This document shows positions 12,791-24,200 of a stretch of 64,000 nt of DNA, one piece after another. The DNA lies in contig OX597815.1 of the NCBI GenBank assembly GCA_951406725.2, positions 93,930,001-93,994,000 on the forward strand. The letters are read 5' to 3'. The translations under genes and the position numbers were made by a program. The stretch's first letter is position 1; each line of letters opens with the position of its first letter. Under the pieces are notes generated by a model. That model saw only the letters and a program-made list of their open reading frames with translations. It was not told the DNA's origin and did not search any database. The stretch comes from Octopus vulgaris (lineage: Eukaryota).

Positions 12791-13514
12791 CTGTGCTTTC
12801 GTCATGATTGCCATTTCGTTAAGGAGACAAGACCCTGTCAGATATTTAAAAATAAAAATCTCCCAAGAAATTTACAGTGTTTTTTTCTCCAATTTCTTTA
12901 GCCATAATTTTCACAGCAGTTTTTATCTCAGAAAAATTATTTCATCCCTAGCTTTCATTTTATCCAAAATAATATATTTTGTATATCATATTTATTTATC
13001 AAATGGCCCTTCATTTGGTTAAATGATATAACAACACTGGTTTAAATTTTCGTCCATATTTTTACATACACAAATTTTAAAAAAATAGTTTCTCCACAAA
13101 ACCAGTATTCAAAAAATCCATAGAATAAATTATGATGGAAAACTAGAGACTAATATTTTTTATAACTAATTTACACCAATTATCATATATGTTACAGTAG
13201 TAGTAATATGTGCACCCAATAAATAACTTAAAATTTAAAAAAAAAATTAAATATAAATGATTAGAAATTTGAGAATTAAAATATATAATGCAGAATTGGG
13301 AAAATGCAAAATAGTTTCAGTCAAAGAGAATGGGTAAATTTCATGTGCAATTCCTGGAAATATTTGAAAAATTTCCCACATTATACAGAAGTTAAACTCT
13401 TTCTTGTATGTTTATGTGTATATCCTGATATTTCTAGGTAGAAATATATACACATGATTATTTATATAATCATCTGTATGTCTGCCTAAAGATCTCTAGG
13501 TACACAAATACAAC

Positions 13515-13717
13515 TATATATGTATATATATATATATATATACAACATATATATATACATACATATATATACATATATATATACATGCATACACATACAT
13601 ATAAATGCATGCATATATATACATATATATACACATATATATATAATACATACACATATATGTATACATATATACATACATACATATATATTTATATATA
13701 TATATATGCATATACAT
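13515..13717. repeat. (TA)n/(TACA)n compound microsatellite
   Basis: Direct reading. Confidence 0.95.
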
Positions 13718-13720
13718 AAA

Positions 13721-16057
13721 GCTATCCGAGTTGACAGTACCTTGGTAGATAAAGCAATTGAGAGTATGAAGACAGGGAAAGCCCCCAGCCCATCAGGAAT
13801 CACTGCAGAGATGCTCAAAATATCTGGCAGTGTTGGCTAAGCTTAGTTACCTGTATATATTTCTTTACTACCCACAAGGGGCTAAACACAGAGGGGACAA
13901 ACAAGAACAGACAAATGGATTAAGTCGATTATATCGACCCCAGTGCGTAACTGGTACTTAATTCATTGACCCGGAAAGGATGAAAGGCAAAGTTGGCCTC
14001 GGCGGAATTTGAACTCAGAACGTAACAGCAGATGAAATACGACTACGCATTTCACCCGGCGTGCTAACGTTTCTGCCAGCTCGCCGCCTTCCTAGTCACC
14101 TGTATAATTAAGCAGGTGATGCATGAAGGAGTCATACCAAATGACTGGTGTAGCAGCACTATAGTCAACTGCTACAAAGGTAAAGGTAACGCTTTAGATA
14201 CAAATAATTACTGAGGTATCAAGTTGTTGGATCAGGTAATGTAGGTCATGGAGAGGGTCAGTTTAGATGAGATGCATTTCGTGCAAGGGAAAAGCATCAC
14301 TGATGCTATATTTCTGGTAAGACAGCTGCAGGAGAAATACCTAGACAAAGATAAACCTCTGTACCTGGCTTTTGCTGACATGGAGAAAGCCTTTGACAGG
14401 GTCCCCCGATCCCTTATCTGGTGGTCAATGAGAAAACTAGGGATAGATGAATGGTTAGTGAGAGCTGTGAAAACCATGTACAGGGACGCTGTCAGTAAGG
14501 AGAGGGTTGGCAACGAGTACACTGAAGAATTCCGGGTACAAGTAGGGGTCCACCAAGGCCCAGTCCTCAGACTCCTCCTATTTATCATAGTCCATCAGGC
14601 AATAATGGAGAAATTCAAGACAGGATGCCCATGGGAGCTCCTCTATGCTGATGACCTTGCTATAATTGCTGAGTGACTATCAAAACTTGAGAAGTTTCAG
14701 GTGTGGAAACAAGGATTAGAATTGAAGGGCCTTAGAGTCAACCTAGCAAAAACCAAACTCCTAATAAGTAGGAAGGCAGGAAAACTACAAACCCCTTCAG
14801 GTAGATGGCCCTGCTCGATCTGTAGAAAAAGCGTAGGTAGAAGCTCTATAAGATGTACCCAGTGTAAGCTATGGACACATATTAAAGAAAGGCTAACTGG
14901 GAAGATAGTTCTTGTATGTGGCAGATGTTCAGGAGCAATAAACACTGAAAATGTGCAGAGAACAACTTCCGCCACATTCCAGGGAGAAAAACTAGAAGTA
15001 GTTGATAGTTTCCGTTATCTAGGTGACCAAGTCAGTAGTGGGGGAGGGTGCACTGAAAGTGTAGCTGCTAGAATAAGAATAGACTGGGCAAAGTTCAGCG
15101 AGTTCTTACCTCTGCTGTTGACAAAGGGCCTCTCACTCAGAATAAAAGGTATGACGCATGTGTACGAACAGCCATGCTACATGGCAGTGAAACATCGGCT
15201 GTGACTGCTGAGGACATGCGTAAGCTTGCAAGGAATGAAGTCAGTATGCATACTCAACAGAGTGTAAGTAGCTTGAGAGAAAAGTTGGACCTAAGAAGCA
15301 TCAGATGTGGTGTGCAAGAGAGACAACTGCATTGGTATGGTCATGTGGCAAGAATGGATGAGGATAGCTGTGTGAAAAAGTGCCACACCCTAGCGGTTGA
15401 GGGAACCCATGGAAGAGGTAGACCCAGTAAGACCTGGGATGAAGTGAGGAAGCACGACCTTCAAACATTAGGCCTCAACGAGGCAATGACTAGTGACTGA
15501 GACTATTGGCAATATGCTGTGCTTGAGAAGACCCGGCAAGCCAAATGAGACCATAACCTTGTGGCCTATGCCAGGTGTGTAACCAGCCCACTTATGCATA
15601 CCTTTCCTTCATTGGACACTAAACTCTGCTTGCGAAGACTTGTTGAGGTAAGTGAAATTGAAATCAAAATCAAATTCGATGACTGGCATCCGTGCTAGTG
15701 GAACGCTAAGAGCACCATCCGAGCAGGATTGTTGCCAGAGCGGCTAACTGGCTTCCGTGTCGGTGGTATGTAAAAAGCACCATTTGATTGTCATCGTTAC
15801 CAGCATCACCTCACTGGCACATGGAAAAACATTCAAGCAAGGTCGTTGCCAGTACCGCTGGACTGGCTCCTGTGCAGGTGGCATATAAAAGCACCCACTA
15901 CACTCTCGGAGTGCTTAGGAAGGGCACCCAGCTGTAGAAACTCTGCCAGATCGAGATTGGAGTCTGGTGCAGCCATCTTGTTCGACAGTCCTCAGTCAAA
16001 TCATCCAACCCATGCTAGCATGGAAAGCGGACGTTAAACGATGATTATGATGGTGAT
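13721..16057 (+). mobile_element. 5'-truncated RTE-clade LINE (decayed RT with stops and frameshifts, long 3'UTR, (GAT)n tail)
   Basis: [18 protein letters not shown]; FADMEKAFDRVPR; VGVHQG; LLYADDL; FRYLG; MLHGSET; LHWYGHVARM; GRGRPSKTW; tail GGACGTTAAACGATGAT. Confidence 0.92.
13858..14090 (-). mobile_element. tRNA-derived SINE (family 2) inserted in the RTE with 16-bp TSD
   Basis: Head GGCGGCGAGCTGGCAGAAACG, B box GAGTTCAAATTCC, core GCCTTTCATCCTTTC; TSD cttagttacctgtata (13842-13857) / cctagtcacctgtata (14091-14106). Confidence 0.9.
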
Positions 16058-16280
16058 GATATACATATACATATATATACATACATATATATATATACAT
16101 ACGTATTATATACATATATATATATATATATACATGCATACATATAAATATATACAAGCATACATATATATACATGCATACATATACATATATATATATA
16201 TATATATACATATATTTATATATATACATGCATACATATACATATATATATATACATACATACATATACATATATATACA
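16058..16280. repeat. (TA)n/(TACA)n microsatellite
   Basis: Direct reading. Confidence 0.95.
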
Positions 16281-16519
16281 TCTCGCTCAGAGTGAAAGGT
16301 AGATTATACGACGCATGTGTGCGAGCTGCCATGCTTCATGGCAGTGAAACATGGGCCATGACTGCGGAGGACATGCGTAGGCTCGAAAGAAATGAAGCTA
16401 CCATGATCCACTGGATGTGTAATGTCAGTGTACATGCACGACAGAGTGTAAGCGCTCTGAGAGAAATGTTGGACATAAGAAGCATCGGATGTGGCGTGCA
16501 AGAGAGACGTTTGCGCTGA
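16281..16519 (+). mobile_element. Short internal RTE ORF fragment
   Basis: [35 protein letters not shown], paralogous to 15130-15330. Confidence 0.85.
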
Positions 16520-18078
16520 AATTTTAATAGCATTTTAGAATGTCTAATGGAATTAAAAATTATTTTTATACATTTGTGTACATTTAAACTAATTAAATGT
16601 TATTTTACAGAATATTACAATTCAAATTTCTTTGATTAAAACCCTTTCTAACATGTAAGTATCCAAAAGCATTTGAGGCACATAATGTTTTATGGGTATG
16701 TAGTGACGCCCTTTTGGAAATCTTCAGCATGCATGTGCAGAGTTGGATTCTTCCTGGAGGCCTGCCAGAAGTTCCCTCATGTGCATGCGCAGAAAACTAG
16801 CAGCAGCAAAATTCCCCTCGTTCGGTCTCTCGAATGCTGACAGCCAAACAGGACGGACGTGTTTTAGCAGCTCTCTCAAGCTGCACCTCGTGGCGTTGCT
16901 ATGCTATGCTTGAACGGACAGGATTGAGCTCCTAGGCTGCCGGTTCGCCCTGAAGAAGAATGTATATATTGCAAATCCAGAAATAAAATATTTATGCTGT
17001 TAAAGTTAATCGGAAGTCTTGACTCTTTCCATCGATTGATATTTTAATGTAAAGGATGAGAGCTGCACCCATTCAGTGTTACAGACCTTTCATCCTGTTA
17101 CAAGTACAAAAAAGGAAATTCTGTAGCCAAAGCGACTTGAAACATACACTCAGTTTATGGGAAAGAATGCTTGAATGAAAGAACTTGCAGAAGATGGTTT
17201 GCAAAATTCAGAAGTGGAGACTTCAGCCTTGAAGATGAGTTTGATGATAAGCTCCTTGAGGTATTACTTGAAGAAAATCCTGCATTATCAGTTGAAGAAT
17301 TGGCAATAAAGCTTAGTTCAAACCATACAACTGTTCATCATCATCTTCAACAACTTAGAATGGTTCCTAAACTTGGAAAATACGTGCCTCATGAATTGTC
17401 CAAAAGCAACCACAAATCTTGAGTTGACATCAGCCCTTCTCTCCATTCTCATGAGCTCATTTCACCCTTTTTGGATACACTTGTGACTGGTGACGAAAAA
17501 TGGATCTTCTATCGAAATGTTAAACGTCGTCAACCACAACCAAGAAAGGAACTTCATGGGAAAAAGGTTCTTCTCTCTATTTGGTGGGATTGCAAAGGAG
17601 TAATTCACTTTGAATTGCTCAAGTCTACTGTCAGCAATTAGAGTGTTTGAACCAAGCTTCAAAGAAAAAAAGACCCGCTATAGTAAATTGAAAAGGAGTG
17701 ATGTTTCATCAGGACAATGCACAACCCCACACTGCAAAGATCACATCACAGAAGATTGAAGAGCTTGGTTGGGAAAAAATTCCTCATTCACCTTATTTTC
17801 CCGACCTTGCTCCTTCAGACTGCCATTTGTTTTGTAGTTTACAGAATCATTTGGGAGACATAACTTTTGCAAGCCAGGAAGAGGTTGAAACTGACATTTC
17901 AGAGTTCTTCGTTTTGGAACCAAAAGAGTTTGACATTGATGGGATTAGAAAGCTTGTAAATAGATGAAAGGAAGTTGCAGATAATCAGGGAAAGTACATT
18001 GATGATTAAATTTCAGTTAAATATAACATTTGATCATTTGCTTTCTTTATTCAAATTTTGGACAGAATTAATGGGATG

Positions 18079-18084
<6 letters not shown>
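16520..18084 (+). mobile_element. Decayed mariner (DD34D) transposon, 5' TIR lost, interrupted by a solo LTR
   Basis: HLRHIMFY..YKKG, WFAKFRSGDFSLED, TGDEKW, HQDNAQPH, HSPYFPDLAPSDCHLF; 3' TIR ...AATGGGATGACC running into (TA)n. Confidence 0.9.
16699..17102 (+). mobile_element. Solo LTR (~404 bp), probably Gypsy-type
   Basis: TGTA...TACA termini; 4-bp TSD ggta (16695-16698) / agta (17103-17106); removing it restores the mariner frame; AATAAA at 16982. Confidence 0.8.

Positions 18085-18140
<56 letters not shown>
18084..18140. repeat. (TA)n microsatellite
   Basis: Direct reading. Confidence 0.95.
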
Positions 18141-18143
<3 letters not shown>

Positions 18144-18432
18144 ATGAGAATATGTGTCTGTCTGTCTATCTGTGTGAATCCCTAAAACTTGAGAACTACA
18201 CAACCAATTTCATTCAAATTTTACACATGCCTTACTTAGGGTCCATGTAGTGTCATGGACAAAAAGAAATTTTAACTTCTTACCTAGTGCGAGCCCACAG
18301 GAATATCATATCTTCTCCACTATTTCAGCATTATCTGTCAAAAGTGAAACAATAACATCTCTCTATTGTAATGTCAGATGCTTTCACTTTAATAGTTTCA
18401 CTTTAATACTGAAACTATTAAAGTGAAACTAT

Positions 18433-19547
18433 TGTAGCAATATCGTTTCCTTCATTGCTATCTTCACTGTTTGAGAAGAGTATTAAGAATAATCTCGTTC
18501 GAGATTACAAACATCTTCGGCTAGTTTAACATTGTTGTAAACACTAATCCAATTGGCTGACACGTGGTCTCTACTACGTTCGCACCGCTGGTTGTCATGT
18601 GACACGATTTGCCTCCGCTTATTTTCGCGCCATTGTTCCAAGCAGCCAATCACAGCTTTCCATTTCTGAAGTTCGTTTTGAGCCACATGAACCTTATATA
18701 AAGAAGGGTTCTCAGACAAATATTCGTCTTTGGTTCAAGTCCTTCTCAGGGCGAACCTCTTACCACAGAGTTCGTCTTTGGTTCTAGTTCTTCTCAGAAC
18801 GAACCTCTGACCACACAGAGCATACTCGACCATGTTCCAGTTCGAAAGGCAGGCGACCACCATTATATCAAGAGAAAAATAACCAAGCAGAATATATGAT
18901 GAAGACGCAGCAAAAACCAAACGACAGACACAACTCATCGCCAAACATCGTCTCTATCTACTAAGGTTTAATTTGTACACAAGACAACTACAGATTCAAC
19001 TCTAGCGGTTAGGTGAAAATCTCACCACGGGAAAAACGGCTACAGTTAACACATCTGGAAGTATATTCATATCAAGAGAAAGATAAACACAACAAGTGAT
19101 TCAATTAATCTCAACTACGAGATGCAACATCTTGATATGGAACTCTTACACTCCGTGTACCTCATAAACGGTAAATCAATTATCTGTCTTGAGTTCTAGT
19201 TCTTCTAAGAACTACCTTAAGCCATCTGCTACTACCTGTTGCTAGGCTGATACCAACAACATGAACTGTGAACCAAATTCCATTGTTATTCCTCAGGTCA
19301 GTACCTTTTATGCCTCACGAACACACAGACACAAAAATATGCTAACGCTTACAAACTTCCAACCAACATGATTGTAAAATATGTAAAATAAATAATGTAT
19401 ATATCTCAAAAAGAAATCTTGTTGTCATTCCACTTGTGTTCTATTGCCACTGTATGTATTATATGGTCTGTAATATTTCATTAAGAATATGACCACGTGC
19501 GACCGTGTCTCCTATACGATACGACCGCATGTGATCCTATTTTTATA
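18433..19547 (+). mobile_element. Solo LTR (~1.1 kb)
   Basis: Starts TGTAG, ends TATA (decayed TACA); TSD ctat 18429-18432 / 19548-19551; CCAAT 18646, TATATAAAG 18695, AATAAA 19387; internal ~48-50 bp tandem pair 18723-18820. Confidence 0.7.
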
Positions 19548-19573
19548 CTATTATATAAGAGGGATAACCTGTA

Positions 19574-19677
19574 AGTGGACATCCATTATGCTAGAAGAAG
19601 ATCTACCATGGTCTTACCACTAACAAAGGAATGGTAAGACCATAGCAAATCTTCTTCTAGCATAATGGATGTCCACC
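19574..19677. mobile_element. TA-flanked fold-back MITE (45-bp arms, 12-nt spacer)
   Basis: Arms 19575-19619 and 19632-19676 are reverse-complementary at 42/45; TA at 19572-19573 and 19678-19679. Confidence 0.7.
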
Positions 19678-19807
19678 TATATGTATGTAATATAATTTTT
19701 TCTAAAACTTCAGACTTTTCAATATGCTACACCACTGGTTTCAAATTGATATTAATCAAATTAATATTCAATTTTTCACCCTTATTATTTTAAATTTAAA
19801 TTTACAT

Positions 19808-19855
19808 GTATATATAGATAGATGTATATATATATACATGTATATATATATATAG

Positions 19856-19896
<41 letters not shown>

Positions 19897-19928
19897 TGCA
19901 TGTATATATATATATATATATATATATA
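19808..19928. repeat. (TA)n-rich microsatellite
   Basis: Direct reading. Confidence 0.9.
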
Positions 19929-21232
19929 CAATCAAAAATAAGCAACAAGTATGAATCCGGTAATTTAGTACAATTGTTTCATACTACAACATTTTATTAA
20001 AAGCTGTAAATATTTATTTATGTGTTGACAAAAAATATTTTTTTGTCAACACATAAATAAATTGACCCTTTGTTCTAGTGACAATCTGTTCTTCTTTTAC
20101 ATCTCCCGAATTTTCCTCTTCTTTTCTTCAAGTAACTTGAATTCTTGACCTGCCCTTATCCCTATCCATATAGCTAAAGAAATTTTTTTTACAACAGTCA
20201 GTTGTAAACAAGGTTTTGGTCAGTTAGCATCTAAACTACACTACCTCATGTTCCTAAGATTCATATCTACATCTTTATCTGTATATTTACCTTCCCTAAG
20301 ATGTTATTAATTGATTTGAGAACTTTATGTTATTGGAAAACCTATATAAAATTAGCTGAAGATTACTCGGCATCTTAAATCTGCTGTAATATTTACAGTT
20401 TTTAATTAAGTTATTTGGTTGTAGACCTCCTTTCAGTCTTTTTATTATCACTGGGTCACACATAGTCCCCAGATGGTAGCATTGATTTCAAGGCCTTCCC
20501 AGATGAGTGACTGGTTATTCAAAGACATTTATAGATTGTAAATTTATTCTGTCCAATTACGTATAGTGGTCATTTGCAAACTCCAGAGGTGACACTTTCA
20601 TTTCCCCTTAGCCCTTACGTCACACAGTTGTTAATGTTTATTTCAGATGGGTCATGCCCTTCCAATTGCTATAGATTCGTAATGCATCTTATGGCTGTGC
20701 CTGTCACCTGGATGGTGAGGAATCCTACATTGGGAGTGGTAATGACTAGGGTAAGGTAGCTGACTGCTTATTGTAATCATTCATCTTTTGGTTTCCTGTA
20801 GCTTTGCTCTCTTTTACAAACCCAGTGAACATATATTTCCTATTTCAAAGAAATTCAAACAATAGATATAAGACCAAAGTTAAAAAGATTCTCAACAATT
20901 CAACTTCTCTGGTTGACATTAAGACACCCAACTCCAATAGGGGCCTTAACTCTCACATTTTAGAGCTCCATGACCTTCATTTTTCAGGAGCGAAAATCTT
21001 TTAACAGGTTCTATAAGACTGGAATTTTGGAATATACGCATAAAAATCAATAGTATGGGATACATGTGACATGACTACAAATTTTTTAGGGTGTGTAATG
21101 AGGGAAATAACTCTCATCTGCAATTTTGATGAAATTCGAAACATAGGTATTCCAGTTCATTACAGAAAATCTAACAGAAAAGTCTAATTCTTCAATTGCA
21201 TGTAACACGGGCAACGCCGGGTATCTCTGATA

Positions 21233-21233
<1 letters not shown>

Positions 21234-21282
<49 letters not shown>
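21234..21282. repeat. (TA)n microsatellite
   Basis: Direct reading. Confidence 0.95.
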
Positions 21283-21286
<4 letters not shown>

Positions 21287-24200
21287 TGTTATGTGCAAGG
21301 CAACAGCTGAGCTTGAGTTTTTTTGTACATGATGCAAAAGATTGTGCAGTAGCTGCTCTGGCTACATCAAGCGCAAACAAGGAACCTTGCCCACCACTGC
21401 GCAAGACCACCACAATCAACAGACACGGGATGGTCTCCCCGAACACCTGCACAGTCATCACACCAATATTTTTACTAAATATTGGGGGCCTGTTGCGTCA
21501 AAACAAAAGCAAAATTTTTTCCTGAGAGACCTTGCTGCATCCAATCAAGCCCTATGCATAGCACTTGTGGAAAGTCATCTGAACCCTGATATAGAGGATG
21601 CAGAAGTACACATACCAAAATATACCATACTGCAAACAGACAGAAGGGAAAGGAGCCATGGTGGAGTTGCTGTATACTTCCCTGATGACGTCACACCTCA
21701 GGTCTTACTGTCAATCTCAGATTCAGTATATGACTATTTAATTGTATGCATAAGACAACACAATATAGTCATATGCAATACATATTACCCACTAGATGCT
21801 CCAAACCACACAGGCAAGTTTGAAGATTGCCTCACAAGAATTAAAGAAATCCTCATGAAACTGGAACACCATGTGAGCGTATTTCTTATAGGTAATTTCA
21901 ACTTCCCCAATGTCAAATGGCCTGAAGGCCTCTTGCTCTCAGGAATGACTCATTGCAAACAAGCACAGGTAGAGTCCCTGTTCAACCTCACCAATGCCCT
22001 ATTCATGGAGCAAGTTATACTCAGACCAACTAGGACGAATAACATTTTGGATCTCTGCTTCACAAACAATATGGACATCTTTCATGATATGAAAGTGATG
22101 CTGACATTAGTCTCAGATCACAACATAATAGAGCTGTCTGTGTATTGGCTAAAAGTAGCCAGAGACATACAGATTAAAGGAAGCAGTCTAAATCTCTCCA
22201 ATCTGAACTTCCACAAAGCAGACTGGAAATTGATTCAAAAAAGACTGGCCGAAATGTCTCTCAACATCAGACATTGGCATGGAACTAGAATATTTCATGT
22301 CTGTCATGCAAACCATATGCCAGAAATATGTCCCAGAGCCAACACAACAAGGCCAACACAAAAAGGAACAAGATTCCAAGGGAGAGGAAGATCCTCATGA
22401 GACGATGGACAAAGGTTGCAAATTGCCTCAACCAACATTCCAAATGTAGCAAAAAGTCCCGCCTAAAAACAACACTGATAGAGATTGAAAAAAGCTTGCA
22501 ACAATCCTATGTGAGGGAGAAGGCAGACAAAGAAGCCTGGGTTATAAAAAACATTAAGTCAAAACCAAAGGCCTTCTTCCATTATGCAAAAGGAACAGCC
22601 TTAGCACATTGCAAGATAGGACCCATAGGACCCCTCTTCCAGAAGGATGGCCCCCTCACAGATAGTCCTACCAGGATCAGTGAGGTACTGAATGACGAGT
22701 TCAAAAGTGTCTTTACCATTCTGTTGGAACACAGACAAGTAAAGGAACCAGTGGATTTCTTTGCCACCTCACCTATAACCAGTTAGGCAGTTACAATGGA
22801 ATACATTGAGATTAGAAAAGAAGATATACTACTAGCCATAGATGAGGTGGATGCAAACTCAACTGCTGGTCCTAAAGGTTTCCCAGTAATCCTCCTCAGA
22901 TCATGTAAGCATGTCCTGGCAAAACCTCTACAGATTCTCTTCCAGAGCTTTCTTGCAAATGGCAAGCTGCCAAACATGCTAAAGGAGGGAATAATATGCC
23001 CAGTCCATGGAAAGGGAAGCAGAGCAGATGCCAAAAACTATAGGCCTTTCTCTCTGACTTCACACATCAGCAAAGTCATTGGAATGGATAGTCAGATGGA
23101 AACTAATCGCATTCCTTGAAGAAAATAACTTGCTGAGTGATACCCAGCATTGCTTTTGACCAGGTAGGAGTTGCCTGACCCAGCTCTTACAACACTATGA
23201 CTAGGTGTTGAGGCAGTTACTCAACAACTCAAATGTGGACGTAATATACCTCGATTTTGCAAAAGCTTTTGATAAAGTGGATCCTGGTATGAAATGTCAC
23301 AAACTGCATTATCTCAGCATAGCTGGAAAACTTGGAGAGTGGTTACATGACTTTCTGAAAGAAGTCAGGTAGTAGTGGCTAATGGAGCCACCTCAATGAA
23401 AGCACAAATAGTGAGCGGTGTTCCACAGGGCACTGTCTTGGAACCATTGCTTTTCATAGTGGCCCTCTCAGATATGCCCTCAACTACCTAGATAGCCACC
23501 CTTATTTGCTACACAGAGGATACGAAAGTCTTGCAGAAAATACAGAACCACAGTGATGTTGCACATCTGCAATAGGAGTTGGACTCAATTTACAGATGGG
23601 CTGAGGATAATAATATGCAGTTTAATGCTGAAAAATTCCAAGCTCTGTGCTACCAGCATCCAAAACTGAATATGAGACTTACAGGGTACACTGGTGCACA
23701 GGGGATTACAACTCCAGAGCCTAAATCAGTGAGGGACCTAGGTATCAACATGAGTGATGATACCTCTTTCCAAGTGCACATTATCAGGATAGCGACAAAG
23801 TGCAGACAACTGGCTGGATGGATCCTGAGAATGTTCAGAACCAGAGAAAAGGAAACCATCATGGTCCTCTGGAGGACATTCGTCCTCCGTCACGTGGATT
23901 ACTGCTCCCAGCTATGGTCACCCAACAGTGTAAAATTAACTGTGGACCTTGAAGCAATCGAGAGCAGCTTCACAAAGAAGATTGTCTCATTGCAACAGCT
24001 CAGCTACTGGGAAAGGCTGAAACAGCTAAGACTCTACTCCCTGGAGCGAAGACAGGAGAGGTATGCAGTAATAAACATCTGGAAAGTCCTGGAAGGAATT
24101 CTGCCAAATTTTGGCATTGAAAACTACACCAATGCTAGAATGGGTCGACACTGCACAGTGCCAAATATCCAAGCAATGCCATCACACTTCAGGACCAGTT

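Larger units (their letters stand above)
18135..21233 (+). mobile_element. Non-autonomous Helitron-like element (5' and 3' ends) enclosing nested sequences
   Basis: 5' TATATAAAGATGAGAATATGTGTCTGTCTG...AACCAATTTCATTCAAATTTTACAC; 3' hairpin ACACGGGCAACGCCGGGT (21205-21222) then ATAG-T (decayed CTAG-T); that both ends belong to one element is inferred. Confidence 0.55.

Noticed and set aside
13470-13840. Tyr/Ile/His/Cys-rich ORFs (also ~16.0, 21.1, 25.1 and 32.8 kb)
   Set aside because: Translations of (TA)n/(CA)n microsatellites
21342-22400. 352-aa ORF as a host endonuclease gene
   Set aside because: It is the APE domain of a frameshifted LINE ORF2, contiguous with RT remnants
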